Assembly (NCBI GenBank): GCA_965222075.1
Contig: OZ244937.1
Location: forward strand, 1,984,001 to 2,048,000
Source of the DNA: Candidatus Latescibacterota bacterium
GTDB lineage: Bacteria; Latescibacterota; UBA2968; GCA-2709665
Reading direction: 5' to 3'
DNA: 64,000 nt
This document shows, one piece after another, positions 28,397 to 38,908 of the stretch. The notes beneath the pieces were generated by a model. That model was given only the letters and a program-made list of their open reading frames with translations, was not told the DNA's origin and did not search any database. Each line of letters opens with the position of its first letter. The stretch's first letter is position 1. Position numbers and translations under genes: made by a program.

Positions 28397-28635
28397 GTGA
28401 ACTACCCCGACCTGACGCTTCCTCTTCAATATGCTCGCTGGAGGCGGTCTCTCCTCTCAACCCTGGATAACCTTCAGATCTACTCCAGGCTATCGTTCAG
28501 GATTCTGCCTTGACAGTCCCGGCCTCCCCTATTTCTTCCCCACAACCGGCATACGAATAGCGTAAATTTGAGAAAGATTAAGGCTCAAGATATAACCTGT
28601 CAAGCCTCACGATCCGTACGGAAGGAGCAGTCGGC

Positions 28636-29541
28636 ATGAAAATTGAAAAGGTGGTCATCCCGGTTGCCGGATTAGGCACACGCCTGCTGCCGGCAACAAA
28701 ATCGCAGCCCAAAGAGATGCTGCCGATTGGACGCAAACCTGTGGTCCAGTATGTGGTGGAAGAAATGGTGGAGCAGGGCCTGAAAAAAATCCTCTTTGTA
28801 ACCGGCCGCGACAAGCGGTCCATCGAAGACCACTTCGACCGGGACCCCGAACTGCTCAACCGCCTTTCGGAGAGCGACCACGAGGAACTCTTAGACGAGA
28901 TCGATTACGACAGAGAAGGCGTCAAATTCTTCTACACCCGGCAGATCATCCCACCGGGCCGCCTCACGCCCGCCGGCATTGGAGACGCCATCTACACGGC
29001 CGAAGACTTCGTGGCCGGGGAACCGTTTGTGGTGGCCCTGGGAGACACCATCTTCAACTCCGGAACGCACTCGGGACTGGTGCGCCGGCTCATCAGGTCC
29101 CACCTCAAACACGGGTCAAGCTGCACCATTGCGGTCCTGGAAGTGGCCCCCCACGAGGTGCAACATTATGGCATTGTCAAACCGAAAGGGCACGCAGGGG
29201 CCGATTTCGAAATTGAAGCCATCGTCGAAAAGCCCTCGGAGGCAGACGCCCCCAGCCGGCTGGCGGTGGCTGCACGGTATGTGTTCAACACCGAAATCTT
29301 CACCGCGCTGCGCCGCACCTCTCCCGGATACGGGGGAGAACTGGAATTGACCGACGCCATCGCCACCCTGCTCGAAATGGGCCATCCGGTCCGTTGTATC
29401 AGGCTCAAGCGGGACGAACTCCGCTACGATATCGGAAACTCGGTCTCCTACTTCAAGGCCTTTATCGACTTCGCCCTCTCAGACCAGCGCCACGGCTACC
29501 TCATCCGCCAGTACCTCCAGCAGCGTCTGAGGGAGTTCTGA
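28636..29541 (+). CDS. galU: UTP-glucose-1-phosphate uridylyltransferase-like nucleotidyltransferase
   Basis: VIPVAGLGTRLLPATKSQPKEMLP, IVEKP, GELELTDA, YDIG. Confidence 0.85.
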   Translation: MKIEKVVIPVAGLGTRLLPATKSQPKEMLPIGRKPVVQYVVEEMVEQGLKKILFVTGRDKRSIEDHFDRDPELLNRLSESDHEELLDEIDYDREGVKFFYTRQIIPPGRLTPAGIGDAIYTAEDFVAGEPFVVALGDTIFNSGTHSGLVRRLIRSHLKHGSSCTIAVLEVAPHEVQHYGIVKPKGHAGADFEIEAIVEKPSEADAPSRLAVAARYVFNTEIFTALRRTSPGYGGELELTDAIATLLEMGHPVRCIRLKRDELRYDIGNSVSYFKAFIDFALSDQRHGYLIRQYLQQRLREF

Positions 29542-29543
29542 GC

Positions 29544-30602
29544 ATGCCCCATGCCTACCTTTGCACCGCGCCAGGCCGGGCGGGCATCATCGGGAACCCG
29601 ACCGACATGTACGGCGGGAGCGTGATCTCCTGTTCCACCCTCGAACGAGCGGCCGTGCTGATCGAACCTGCAGACGGCCTCAGCTTCGAGGTGGCCGGCC
29701 TGCGCCACAGGGTCGAAAAACCGGATGACCTGAGGCTCGACGGCGGCTATTCGGACGTGGCCAAGGCCGTTATCGACTTTCTCAACCTCGCCAGCGCCCG
29801 GTTTTCCCTCCGGTGGGCGTGCAACGTGCCTTTCGCCGCCGGCCTCTCCAGTTCGGCGACCATGATCGTGGCCATCTTAAACGCCGTCCTCGCCTACCTG
29901 GGACGGTCGGAGAACCCCTTTTACCGGGCAGAAATGGCCCGGCACATCGAACTGCATTACATGGTCCTCTGCGGCTATCAGGACGCCTACATGTGCACCT
30001 TTGGCGGGCTCAACTACATGGACTTCCGTCAAAAACAGTTCTACCGGGCCTTTGGAGACGAACCCTATGCCACCATGGAGCCGCTTGCACCCTATATCGA
30101 TGACTTCCCCTTCCTGCTGGGGCATACCGGAATACAGCGAAGCTCGGGAACGGTACACCGCCCCATCCGGGAGCGCTGGCTGGAGCGGGACAGGGAGGTG
30201 GTGCGAAGCTACCTCCGGATTGCCCACTTAGCCCGTATGGGCAAACGCGCCCTCCTCTCCGGAGACTGGGAACGGCTTGGAGAACTGATGGTCGAAAACC
30301 ACGACATCCAGCGGGACCTGGGGGGCTCCGCCCCCGAAAACGACCGGTTGATCAATGCCGCATTGGAGGCCGGCGCCCTCGGCGCAAAGCTGGCCGGGGG
30401 CGGGGGCGGGGGCACCATTATCGCCCTGGCCCCTGAGCCTGAGCCTGTTGTGGAGGCGCTGGTGGACGCCGGCGCCAGCCGCATTCTCTATCCCAAACCC
30501 ACACCGGGTGTTACCGTGACCCCCCTTAAAACCAAAGCGGACTGGAAGGCCGCCGAGCGGGAATTTGCCCACCGGGCACAGGAGGAAGACTTCCACGCAT
30601 AA
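29544..30602 (+). CDS. GHMP-family sugar kinase (glucuronokinase-like)
   Basis: APGRAGIIGNPTD, PFAAGLSSSA, GYQD, GAKLAGGGGGG. Confidence 0.8.
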   Translation: MPHAYLCTAPGRAGIIGNPTDMYGGSVISCSTLERAAVLIEPADGLSFEVAGLRHRVEKPDDLRLDGGYSDVAKAVIDFLNLASARFSLRWACNVPFAAGLSSSATMIVAILNAVLAYLGRSENPFYRAEMARHIELHYMVLCGYQDAYMCTFGGLNYMDFRQKQFYRAFGDEPYATMEPLAPYIDDFPFLLGHTGIQRSSGTVHRPIRERWLERDREVVRSYLRIAHLARMGKRALLSGDWERLGELMVENHDIQRDLGGSAPENDRLINAALEAGALGAKLAGGGGGGTIIALAPEPEPVVEALVDAGASRILYPKPTPGVTVTPLKTKADWKAAEREFAHRAQEEDFHA

Positions 30603-30705
30603 TACCCCCGACCTCCTCCGGCACGAGATGGAAAAGCGGTCTTCCCACGCATCAAATCGTCAGCAGCAACCAGAATTCATTCATCGGCCAATTCGGAGAT
30701 TCCCT

Positions 30706-32322
30706 ATGACTGGCGGCGAGATCTTAATCGAAAGCCTGAAGGCGCAGGGCATCGGCTGCATCGTGGGCATGCCGGGCAATCAGAACATTGACATCTACGA
30801 CGCCCTCCTCCGGTCGGGAGGGATAGAGCACTACCTCATCCGAAACGAGCAGACCGCTACCCTCATCGCCAACGGCTACGCCCGGGCATCCGGAGAAGCG
30901 GGCGTCGCGCTGACCGTGCCGGGCCCGGGGGCGACCAACGCCTCTACCGGCATCGTCGATGCCTGCACCGACTGCGTGCCGGTCCTCCTGGTCACCGGGG
31001 GCACCGAGGTCGTCCACAACGGCCGGGACCGGAGCAAGTGCTTTCACGGCCTCGACCAGGCCGCCTTTTTTGCGCCCATTGCCCGCGCCTTTGCCCGCCC
31101 GGAACGCATCGAGGACATCCCCGACGCCGTCGTCGGGGTCTTCAAAGCCCTGCGCGCCCCCAGGCCGGGACCGGCCGTCATCGAACTCCCGACCGACATC
31201 GCCGCTGCAGAAGGCGAGGTGGACATCCCCTCCCGCGTTGCTGGAGATCGCCCCGCACCCGATCCTGAAGCTGTTCGCCGCGCCTCCGAAATCCTGAGCA
31301 GCATGGCCCGGCCCGTCATCCTGGCCGGAGGAAACACGATCGCCGCCGAGGCGACCGCAGAACTCCGCACGCTGGCCGAAGCGCTGAACGCGCCTGTGGT
31401 CCTCACCCGCCTTGGAAAGGGCGCCTTCCCGGACGGGCACCCCCTCTGTGCCAGCCACTGCCGGGCCAAACTGGCCAGGCGGGTCCTCGAACATGCGGAC
31501 GGCCTCCTCGCCGTCGGCTGCCGCTTCACCCAGATCGACACCTCCGGCTGGACCATCTCCCTGCCCCAACGGCGCGTACAGCTCGACCCCGATCCCGCGG
31601 AGATCGGCCGCGAGATCCCGGTTGACGCCGGCGTGGTGGGAGACCTGAAACAGGCCCTGCCCATGCTCTTAGAGGTGCAAAAGGAACTGGGCATACCGGA
31701 AACCGCGTGGAATAGCAGGCTCGACCGCATGCGCCGGGAGGTTGCGGCAGACCGCCCGCCCCTGCCGATCATGTCGGCCATGCGCGAGGTCCTCGAAGAG
31801 GACGCGGTCGTATCCGTGGACGTCACCTCCATCGCCTACCGGGCCTTCGACGAGTTTGAAATCACCCACCCCCGCGCCTTCCTCTACCCCTGTCATTCCG
31901 TCACGCTTGGCTTTGCCGTGCCCGCCGCCATCGGCGCCAAACTGGCCTGCCCCCACCGGCAGGTCGCCGCCTTCTGCGGAGACGGTGGATTCCAGATGAC
32001 CGCCTACGAACTGGCCACCGCTGCCGAACACGGCATCGAAGTCGTATTTGTCGTCATCAACGACGGCAGCCTCAGCGCCATCCGCGGCGCCCAGGCAGTA
32101 GCTTTCGAGGGCCGCGTCATCGACACCGACATGCAAACGCCCCACATAGCCGACATGGCCCGTGCCCTGGGTGCCCGGGGGATCCGGGTGGAAGATCCAG
32201 ACCGGTTCCCGGCAATCTTCGCAGATGTGATGGGCCTGGAAGGCCCCACCGTCATTGAAGTCATGATGCAGGACCGGCGGGACGACATCATCCGCCAGGT
32301 GCCATGGCTCTACCCGGATTGA
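30706..32322 (+). CDS. thiamine-pyrophosphate-binding enzyme (acetolactate-synthase-like family)
   Basis: MTGGE, GMPG, RNEQ, PGPGATN, GDGGF...NDG. Confidence 0.88.
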   Translation: MTGGEILIESLKAQGIGCIVGMPGNQNIDIYDALLRSGGIEHYLIRNEQTATLIANGYARASGEAGVALTVPGPGATNASTGIVDACTDCVPVLLVTGGTEVVHNGRDRSKCFHGLDQAAFFAPIARAFARPERIEDIPDAVVGVFKALRAPRPGPAVIELPTDIAAAEGEVDIPSRVAGDRPAPDPEAVRRASEILSSMARPVILAGGNTIAAEATAELRTLAEALNAPVVLTRLGKGAFPDGHPLCASHCRAKLARRVLEHADGLLAVGCRFTQIDTSGWTISLPQRRVQLDPDPAEIGREIPVDAGVVGDLKQALPMLLEVQKELGIPETAWNSRLDRMRREVAADRPPLPIMSAMREVLEEDAVVSVDVTSIAYRAFDEFEITHPRAFLYPCHSVTLGFAVPAAIGAKLACPHRQVAAFCGDGGFQMTAYELATAAEHGIEVVFVVINDGSLSAIRGAQAVAFEGRVIDTDMQTPHIADMARALGARGIRVEDPDRFPAIFADVMGLEGPTVIEVMMQDRRDDIIRQVPWLYPD

Positions 32323-32328
32323 CGGCAG

Positions 32329-32370
32329 GACCTACCCCCCGACCCCCTTTCCCAAAGGGAAGGGGGAGTA
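32329..32370. repeat. REP-like palindrome
   Basis: CCCCCTTTCCC-AAA-GGGAAGGGGG with a preceding CCTACCCCC arm. Confidence 0.5.
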
Positions 32371-32428
32371 ACTATCTATTCAATGACGTGGTAAACCCAG
32401 TCACCGCCAAACCCTATGGAGACACCCT

Positions 32429-33205
32429 ATGGACCTGCATCTCAAAGACAAAATCGCCCTCGTCACCGGCGGCAGCCGGGGCATTGGCCGGGCCACTGCG
32501 CTCGAATTCGCATCGGAAGGATGCAAGATCGGCATCTGCGCCCGGGGGCAGGAAGGCCTGGACAGGGCGCTTGAGGAGATCCGCGCCCGGGGCGTTGAGG
32601 CCTTCGGTACGGCCGCAGACGTGGCCCGGAGAGACGAGGCCGACCGCTTTGTCAACGAAGCGGTCGAAGCGCTGGGCGGCATCGACATCCTGGTCAACAA
32701 CGTGGGCGGTTCGTCCGGAAGGGTATTCGAGGAATCCTCTGACGACGACTGGGAGAGGACCTTCGACCTCAACCTCTTTCACGCCGTGCGGTCCACCCGG
32801 GCGGCCCTCCCCCACTTCCGGAAGCGGGGCGGGGGCAACGTCGTCACCATCGCCTCCATCTCCGGCTGGAAGCCGGCGCCTGTGGGCGCCCAGTACGGCT
32901 GCACCAAGGCCGCCGAGATCTTCCTCGCTGGCGCACTCGCCTGGGAACTGGCCTCCGACAACGTCCGGGTCAACACCGTCTCCCCCGGTTCGCTCTACTT
33001 CCCGGGTGGAGGCTGGGAGCGGTTCAAGAATGAAACCCCCGAAAAATTTGAAACCTTCGAAAGCCGGGAGTTCCCGTCCAGGCGTCTCGGCACCGACCAG
33101 GAGGTTGCGGATGTCGTCGTCTTTCTCTCCTCGGAGCGGGCGAACTGGATCAACGGGGCCAACATCCCTGTAGACGGCGCGCAGGGCCGCCCCACGGCGT
33201 TTTAG
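32429..33205 (+). CDS. SDR-family oxidoreductase
   Basis: TGGSRGIG, NNVG, YGCTK, VSPG, VDG. Confidence 0.92.
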   Translation: MDLHLKDKIALVTGGSRGIGRATALEFASEGCKIGICARGQEGLDRALEEIRARGVEAFGTAADVARRDEADRFVNEAVEALGGIDILVNNVGGSSGRVFEESSDDDWERTFDLNLFHAVRSTRAALPHFRKRGGGNVVTIASISGWKPAPVGAQYGCTKAAEIFLAGALAWELASDNVRVNTVSPGSLYFPGGGWERFKNETPEKFETFESREFPSRRLGTDQEVADVVVFLSSERANWINGANIPVDGAQGRPTAF

Positions 33206-34008
33206 ATAGTCAGGAACCCCGTCAGAATTCCCTTCACATACCCCAGCGTAAAGGCGATATCCCGGTCCACCTCTGCGGGTTCTTTCCCGCCCACGCACTC
33301 CACGTAAAGCGGCCCGTCGAACCCGCCGCCGACCAGTCCGGACAGCACCGTGTAGAAATCGACCAACCCGTCTCCCGGCGTTACCATCACATCCGCCTTG
33401 CCGTCTACCACCACGCAGTCCTTGATAATCCCTGTGGAAACCGCCGGCGCCACCTCCGCCACATCGGCCTCGGGCCGCCGCTCTCCCAGCGTATAATAGA
33501 TGATATTTCCCGGGTCGAAACAGATCGCAAACGCCGGGTGGTTCACCTTTTCGTTGGCCGCAATCAGGTCTCCGGCCGTCAGGCTGATCCCTCCATGCGG
33601 CTTCATCGTCAGGTGTACCCCCGCCTGTTCTGCGTGGGGCGCGGCCCTCCGCATAAGCTCGAAATAATCCTCGTAATGCGCCTCCTTGTTCGTCCCGCAG
33701 TCAAGCAGCCAGGTCGTGCCCAGCGCAGCGGTATTGTCGATCAGCCGCTTGTAGTCCTCCACCGCCGCGTCCAGCCCCAGGTCGAGTTTTGTTCCCCCGA
33801 TCAGCATCGAAGGCGCCACGCCCGCATCGGCCGCTGCCTTCCGCACCGCGACCACCTCCTCCGGCGTGCTCTCCGGCCGCACCGGCACCTGTCCCTCGTT
33901 GGCAAACACCGCCACATCGGTATATCCCGCGGCGGCGATCCGTTCGTAGGCCTCTGCATAGGGGAGGCCGGCGTAAGGCCGGGTCGTACATCCGATTGTC
34001 AGTTCCAT
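33202..34008 (-). CDS. sugar phosphate isomerase/epimerase (xylose-isomerase-like TIM barrel)
   Basis: KPHGG, FDPGN, IKD, PGDGLVDF, LYVE. Confidence 0.75.
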   Translation of the reverse strand: MELTIGCTTRPYAGLPYAEAYERIAAAGYTDVAVFANEGQVPVRPESTPEEVVAVRKAAADAGVAPSMLIGGTKLDLGLDAAVEDYKRLIDNTAALGTTWLLDCGTNKEAHYEDYFELMRRAAPHAEQAGVHLTMKPHGGISLTAGDLIAANEKVNHPAFAICFDPGNIIYYTLGERRPEADVAEVAPAVSTGIIKDCVVVDGKADVMVTPGDGLVDFYTVLSGLVGGGFDGPLYVECVGGKEPAEVDRDIAFTLGYVKGILTGFLTI

Positions 34009-34039
34009 CGTACACTCTCCTTTTGAGATTTTCCCTTCG

Positions 34040-34858
34040 TTACCCCTCTTCCGAAGGCGTGTGAATATCCTTTCCGCAGTGCGGGCAGAGCACTTGCCCT
34101 TCCTTTCTCCTTTCAATCTCCTCTGCAAAGCCGGACCCGAGGATGCCGGCCGGCAGGGCAAACATGCCGATTCCCAGAAGGGCGATAATCGCGCCCAAAA
34201 CCTTTCCCAGTGGCGTAATAGGATAGACATCCCCGTAGCCCACCGTCGTGAGGGTCACAATACCCCACCACATCGCCGCAGGGATGCTTGGGAACACCTC
34301 GCGCTGCACCTCGTGCTCTGCAAAATACATCAGACTCGAAGCGATCACCAGCATAATCAGCAGCACAAACATCGTCACATAAAGCTCGTCCCTCTTATCC
34401 TTGAGCACATTCCCCAGTGTCTGCATCGACTCCGAATACCGCCCCAGTTTAAACAGCCGAAGCAGCCGCATCAACCGCATGGCGCGGAGCACCCGTAAAT
34501 CCACCGAAATAACCATCGGCAGGTAAAAAGGCAGGACTGCGATCAAATCCACAAGCGCCATGGGGGTAAACACATATTTAATCTGCCCTGTAACAGGACG
34601 GCTGAACCTTGGATCGGCGGTAGAGGTCCACAGGCGCAGCAGGTATTCAACCGTAAACACGGAAACGGAAAAGGCCTCGGAAACCTCGAAAAAATAGGCA
34701 TACCTCGCGGCAAGGCTCGGCACCGTCTCCAGGACAACCATCACCACGTTCAGGACAATCAAAACCATAATAAAAGAATCGACCAACCTGCTGGTGCGGT
34801 CGCCGGCCGATGCCTTCTCTAAGATTTCGTAGGTACGGATCTTCTGTCGATACAGCAT
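34040..34858 (-). CDS. 6-TM voltage-gated-type potassium channel
   Basis: S4 LRVLRAMRLMRLLRLFK; selectivity filter TTVGYGD; C-terminal CPHCG. Confidence 0.92.
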   Translation of the reverse strand: MLYRQKIRTYEILEKASAGDRTSRLVDSFIMVLIVLNVVMVVLETVPSLAARYAYFFEVSEAFSVSVFTVEYLLRLWTSTADPRFSRPVTGQIKYVFTPMALVDLIAVLPFYLPMVISVDLRVLRAMRLMRLLRLFKLGRYSESMQTLGNVLKDKRDELYVTMFVLLIMLVIASSLMYFAEHEVQREVFPSIPAAMWWGIVTLTTVGYGDVYPITPLGKVLGAIIALLGIGMFALPAGILGSGFAEEIERRKEGQVLCPHCGKDIHTPSEEG

Positions 34859-34923
34859 GCGTGGATCATCCCTTCGTTTCACAGGTTTTGGCGTCTGGGT
34901 TGACAGCATTTTTTCGTGAACAC

Positions 34924-34952
34924 TTGACAACCGCTCACCCACACCCTATACT
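34924..34952 (+). promoter_or_regulatory. sigma70-like promoter
   Basis: TTGACA-17 nt-TATACT upstream of the NhaC-family gene. Confidence 0.6.
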
Positions 34953-34964
34953 TTCTCCCTCACC

Positions 34965-36998
34965 GTGGAAAAATCGACACAAAGAGAAGGGCTGTCAACC
35001 TTGTCTGAAGCAACCCCAAATCCGCCTCCCCGGGCCAAAAGGCGCACGCTCCTGCGCGTGCTCCTCGCCCTCCTTCTGTCGGCCGCCGTCACCATCCCGC
35101 TGCCCCGCAACCGGGACGGCGTCATCCGCCAGCAGGTCATCCACAACGTTCCCAAACTGGCCGCAGACCTGGGCGACGGCCCCTGGGTGCTCTCAGAGAC
35201 GGACGACCCGGCCTGCCGGGCGGGGTTTTCCGAAGCCCAGGTGCGGCGAACCACGCCCACCGGCAACAGTCTTCCCATCACGTATACCTGCCGGAAAGAC
35301 GCGGACCGGATCCTCCTCCGCGCAACAGTCGGCACCGGAACCGGAAAACGGACCCGTAGCGCCGCCCTCAGGGAAATCAACGGCTGGAGCCTCTTTCCCC
35401 CCCTCGCGGCCATCCTGGTCGCCGTGCTGAGCAGGCGGCTCATCCTGGGCCTTTCCTTAGCCATCCTGGCGGGCGGCCTGCTTTCCACCCCCAGCGCCCT
35501 GCCTGTCCACCAGGTGGTCTGGGAAGCCTTCAGACGCGCCGCTGTGGACTACGTGTGGACCCCGTTGGAGGGTTCCTTCCAGCTCTACATCCTCGCCTTC
35601 ACCGCAGCCCTCATCGGCATGGTGCGGGTCACCTCCCTCACAGGCGGCAACCTGGGCATCGCCAGCCTGTTGGCCTCCCGGGCCGAAGGCGCCAGGTCGA
35701 CCCGCGTCGCCGCCTTCCTCATGGGCCTGGCCATCTTCTTCGACGACTATGCCAACACCATCGTTGTGGGCACCACCATGCGCCCCATCGCCGACCGGTT
35801 CCGGGTCTCGCGTGAAAAGCTGGCCTACCTCGTCGACTCCACCGCCGCTCCCATCGCCGGCGTGGCCCTCATCAGCACCTGGATCGGCTACGAAGTCGGC
35901 CTCTTCGACGACCTGATGCGCGGCCTCCACACCGGCATCTCGGGCTACCAGCTCTTCTTCAGCGCCCTCCCCGTCCGCTTCTACTGCCTCTTCACACTGG
36001 TCTTTGTGGCCGCCTCTGCCTGGTTCCAGCGGGACTACGGCCCCATGCTCCGTGCCGAGCGCCGCGCACAGGCCACCGGCCAGGTTCTCCGCTCAGGCGC
36101 GGCCCCCATGGCGGGGCGCAGGTTTGAAGAGATCGGTCCGGCGGAGGGTGTTGTGCCGGCGTGGTGGACCGCAGCCCTTCCCGTTATCACGGTGATCGCA
36201 GCGGTTATCTCAGGAATGGCGATCCACACACTGGACCATCCGGCCGTCAGTGAAATCCGCCTCCGGGAATCGATCTTCAGCACCGCCTACTGGACCGCCT
36301 GCTTCTCTCACGCCGGCAGCAACGAGGTCGCCAGGGTCCTCTTCCTCTCCTCCGTGCTCGGCTCAGCCCTGGCCATCCTCATCGCCCTCACACGCCGCAA
36401 CCGGCACACGGGCGCGCCTGCCATCCGGCCCCTGGAAGCCCTCAGCACCTATGTGCGGGGCATCATCGGCGTGTACTACGCCATCGCCATCCTCATCCTC
36501 GCCTGGGCGATCAAAGAGGTCTGTACGGACGCCGGCACCTCGGTCTACCTCACGGTCGCCCTCTCTCCCCTGGTCTCGCCCGGCCTGCTGCCCATCCTCA
36601 TCTTCGGTCTTGCCTCTTTGGTCGCCTTCTCCATCGGCACCTCCTGGGCCACCATGGGCATCCTGATTCCCACCGTTGTCCCGTTAGCCCATGCGATGGG
36701 CGGCATGCCCCTCACCGTTCTGGCAGCCGCAGCCGTACTCGACGGCGCCATCTTCGGCGACCACTGCTCCCCCATCAGCGACACCACCGTCATGTCCAGC
36801 ATTGCCTCCTCCTGCGACCACATCGACCACGTCAAGACCCAGCTTCCCTATGCGCTCACCACCATGGGCGTTGCAGCCACAATCGGCTACCTCGGAACGT
36901 CTCTGCTCTACCCCTGGTGGATCGGCCTGGGCCTGGGCCTGGCCGCGGTCCTGGGCATCCTCTTCACCCTGGGAAAAAACCCCGACCTGGCGGCCTGA
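34965..36998 (+). CDS. NhaC-family Na+/H+ antiporter-like transporter with an extra N-terminal extracytoplasmic domain
   Basis: IFFDDYAN, SREKLAYLVDSTAAP, GTSWATM, FGDHCSPISDTT, HVKTQLPY. Confidence 0.88.
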   Translation: MEKSTQREGLSTLSEATPNPPPRAKRRTLLRVLLALLLSAAVTIPLPRNRDGVIRQQVIHNVPKLAADLGDGPWVLSETDDPACRAGFSEAQVRRTTPTGNSLPITYTCRKDADRILLRATVGTGTGKRTRSAALREINGWSLFPPLAAILVAVLSRRLILGLSLAILAGGLLSTPSALPVHQVVWEAFRRAAVDYVWTPLEGSFQLYILAFTAALIGMVRVTSLTGGNLGIASLLASRAEGARSTRVAAFLMGLAIFFDDYANTIVVGTTMRPIADRFRVSREKLAYLVDSTAAPIAGVALISTWIGYEVGLFDDLMRGLHTGISGYQLFFSALPVRFYCLFTLVFVAASAWFQRDYGPMLRAERRAQATGQVLRSGAAPMAGRRFEEIGPAEGVVPAWWTAALPVITVIAAVISGMAIHTLDHPAVSEIRLRESIFSTAYWTACFSHAGSNEVARVLFLSSVLGSALAILIALTRRNRHTGAPAIRPLEALSTYVRGIIGVYYAIAILILAWAIKEVCTDAGTSVYLTVALSPLVSPGLLPILIFGLASLVAFSIGTSWATMGILIPTVVPLAHAMGGMPLTVLAAAAVLDGAIFGDHCSPISDTTVMSSIASSCDHIDHVKTQLPYALTTMGVAATIGYLGTSLLYPWWIGLGLGLAAVLGILFTLGKNPDLAA

Positions 36999-37041
36999 CA
37001 CCCTGCCCCTTTTTTAACGCGTTCGAAGATTGCCGTCTTTT

Positions 37042-37080
37042 AAAAAAACCGGCGACAGCCTGAGCGGCTGTCGCCGGTTT
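37042..37080. terminator. bidirectional terminator between convergent genes
   Basis: AAACCGGCGACAGCC/GGCTGTCGCCGGTTT stem. Confidence 0.75.
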
Positions 37081-37862
37081 CAGGCGATCTCCGAGATAAC
37101 GCTTACAATCTCCCGGCTGCGTTTCAGGGCCTCAAGGGGGTCTGGCAGCCCGGCACTCAGTTCGAGGCTGACGGCCCCGTTGTAGCCGATATCAGCCAGG
37201 GCGGCGAATGTGCGGTGCAAAACCTTCTCGGTCAGCATGCCGTCCATCAGCGACAGGTGCTGGTCGTTTCGGCCGTCGTTGTCATCCAGATGAACGTAGC
37301 CCAGGCGCGATCCGGCCTGCGCAATCGTATCGGCGGGGTCTTCCCCGGACATCTGCGCGTGGCCGATATCGAAAAGGAGGTACAGGTTGGGATGGCCGAT
37401 CTCCCTCAGAAAATCGAGCGTCGCCGAGGCCGTGGGCAGGGCACGGTTGGGAAAGTGCTCGACACAGAGCTTGAGCCCCAGAGCCGACGCCCGATCCCCA
37501 GCAGCGGCAAGCGACCGGGCGTAGCGGGAAAGGGCCTCCCGGCTCCCGTCCACCCCGGGCACCACGTAGGCCGCCGCAGCGTCCAGGTCCGCGCCGTAGG
37601 CCAGGACCTTCTCGGTGTGCGCCAGGGCATCAGAGACCGCATCCGTATCCGGGCTGTCCAGCGCAGCCCCTTCCGGAACGCCGACCGATGCGGCCACGCA
37701 GGAGACGCTCAGGCCGCGTGCATGGATCCCGGCGCGTGCGTCCTGGGAGGAAAATGCGTAGGGACGAACATCAATCCACCGGAAGCCCGCATCAGCGATC
37801 CGGTCTAAAACCTCATCCTCCGGACCGGAGAGGGCCCAGATACAGCAGGAAAGTTTACGCAT
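37080..37862 (-). CDS. sugar phosphate isomerase/epimerase family protein
   Basis: CVEH, FDIGH, HLDDNDG, SLEL. Confidence 0.82.
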   Translation of the reverse strand: MRKLSCCIWALSGPEDEVLDRIADAGFRWIDVRPYAFSSQDARAGIHARGLSVSCVAASVGVPEGAALDSPDTDAVSDALAHTEKVLAYGADLDAAAAYVVPGVDGSREALSRYARSLAAAGDRASALGLKLCVEHFPNRALPTASATLDFLREIGHPNLYLLFDIGHAQMSGEDPADTIAQAGSRLGYVHLDDNDGRNDQHLSLMDGMLTEKVLHRTFAALADIGYNGAVSLELSAGLPDPLEALKRSREIVSVISEIA

Positions 37863-38718
37863 CTTCCCCCAGCAGCTTCAACGCGTTCTGATAGGTAATC
37901 TTGTCAAACGCCTCCCTGGGCAGATCGAGGCCCTGTATGAAGTCCATCAGCCGCGTATCGAAGTAGTCCCGCCCGAAAATCAGCTTATCCTGAAACGCGA
38001 TCAAAAAGCCCTTGCCGAACGCCGGGTCCCGACTGATTGCCCCCAGCGCCGACCCGGCGGAGAGATCGGCGAACAGATTGTCATATTGCCGCAGCATCTC
38101 CGGAACCCTGCCCCCCGGCAGCACCGGCCCGGTGGGATAGGACTCTTTGTCGAACTTATCATCCGCCGAAATATGCGCCCAGAACCCCGGCGCGTGTCCG
38201 ATAAACGCCGTCTCCGGGCAGGCCGTGATCGCCCGCTCAAACGCCTCGATACTCCCTCCGTACCAGTAGTTGGGACGCGGATAGTCGCCTCCTCCGTGGT
38301 CGAGCGGATAGTCCAGGTGAATCGTAATCGGCAGCCCCATCTCCCCGCAGGCGTGGTAGAGCCGGATCGCATCCGGATCGTCGAACAGCACCCGCACCTT
38401 CATCTCGCTGGCCACCCGGACCCCGTGAATCTCCACCGCCGCCTTCAGCCGATCAATCGCATCGGGCCGCTTGGGATGCGGAAAATACCCCAGTACGAAC
38501 CGGTCGGGCGCTTCCCGGCCCACCCGTAGCACATCCTCCAGGGGAATGCCCAGCCCCCCCGGCGGCAGCACCTTGTGGTAAGAGGGGCTGTACTCGTCTT
38601 CCGGCACCTCCCAGGTAAACAGCCACATCTGGTCGATCCCCTGCTCGTCCATATTCTTCAAAATCTTCGCAGCATCGTGCCCGTGCCAGTTCGGATGGTT
38701 GTGCGCGTCAATCAGCAT
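37855..38718 (-). CDS. amidohydrolase_2 family protein
   Basis: IDAHNH, PITIH, IGHAPG, ADLSA, FGRDY. Confidence 0.85.
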   Translation of the reverse strand: MLIDAHNHPNWHGHDAAKILKNMDEQGIDQMWLFTWEVPEDEYSPSYHKVLPPGGLGIPLEDVLRVGREAPDRFVLGYFPHPKRPDAIDRLKAAVEIHGVRVASEMKVRVLFDDPDAIRLYHACGEMGLPITIHLDYPLDHGGGDYPRPNYWYGGSIEAFERAITACPETAFIGHAPGFWAHISADDKFDKESYPTGPVLPGGRVPEMLRQYDNLFADLSAGSALGAISRDPAFGKGFLIAFQDKLIFGRDYFDTRLMDFIQGLDLPREAFDKITYQNALKLLGEDA

Positions 38719-38908
38719 AGCCCTCTCCACTATTTGATATAAGACATACCGCCGCATCATCCGGGGTGCGTATGATAACACCGGGCAGCGCGGCCTACCA
38801 GCGCGACATTGACCGGCACTGGCGGTTGTAACACGATAATGAGTCCGATGCTTGAGACACACCGAACTCATTATTTCACGCCAATTCGAGAACCTGCGCC
38901 AATTTCTC

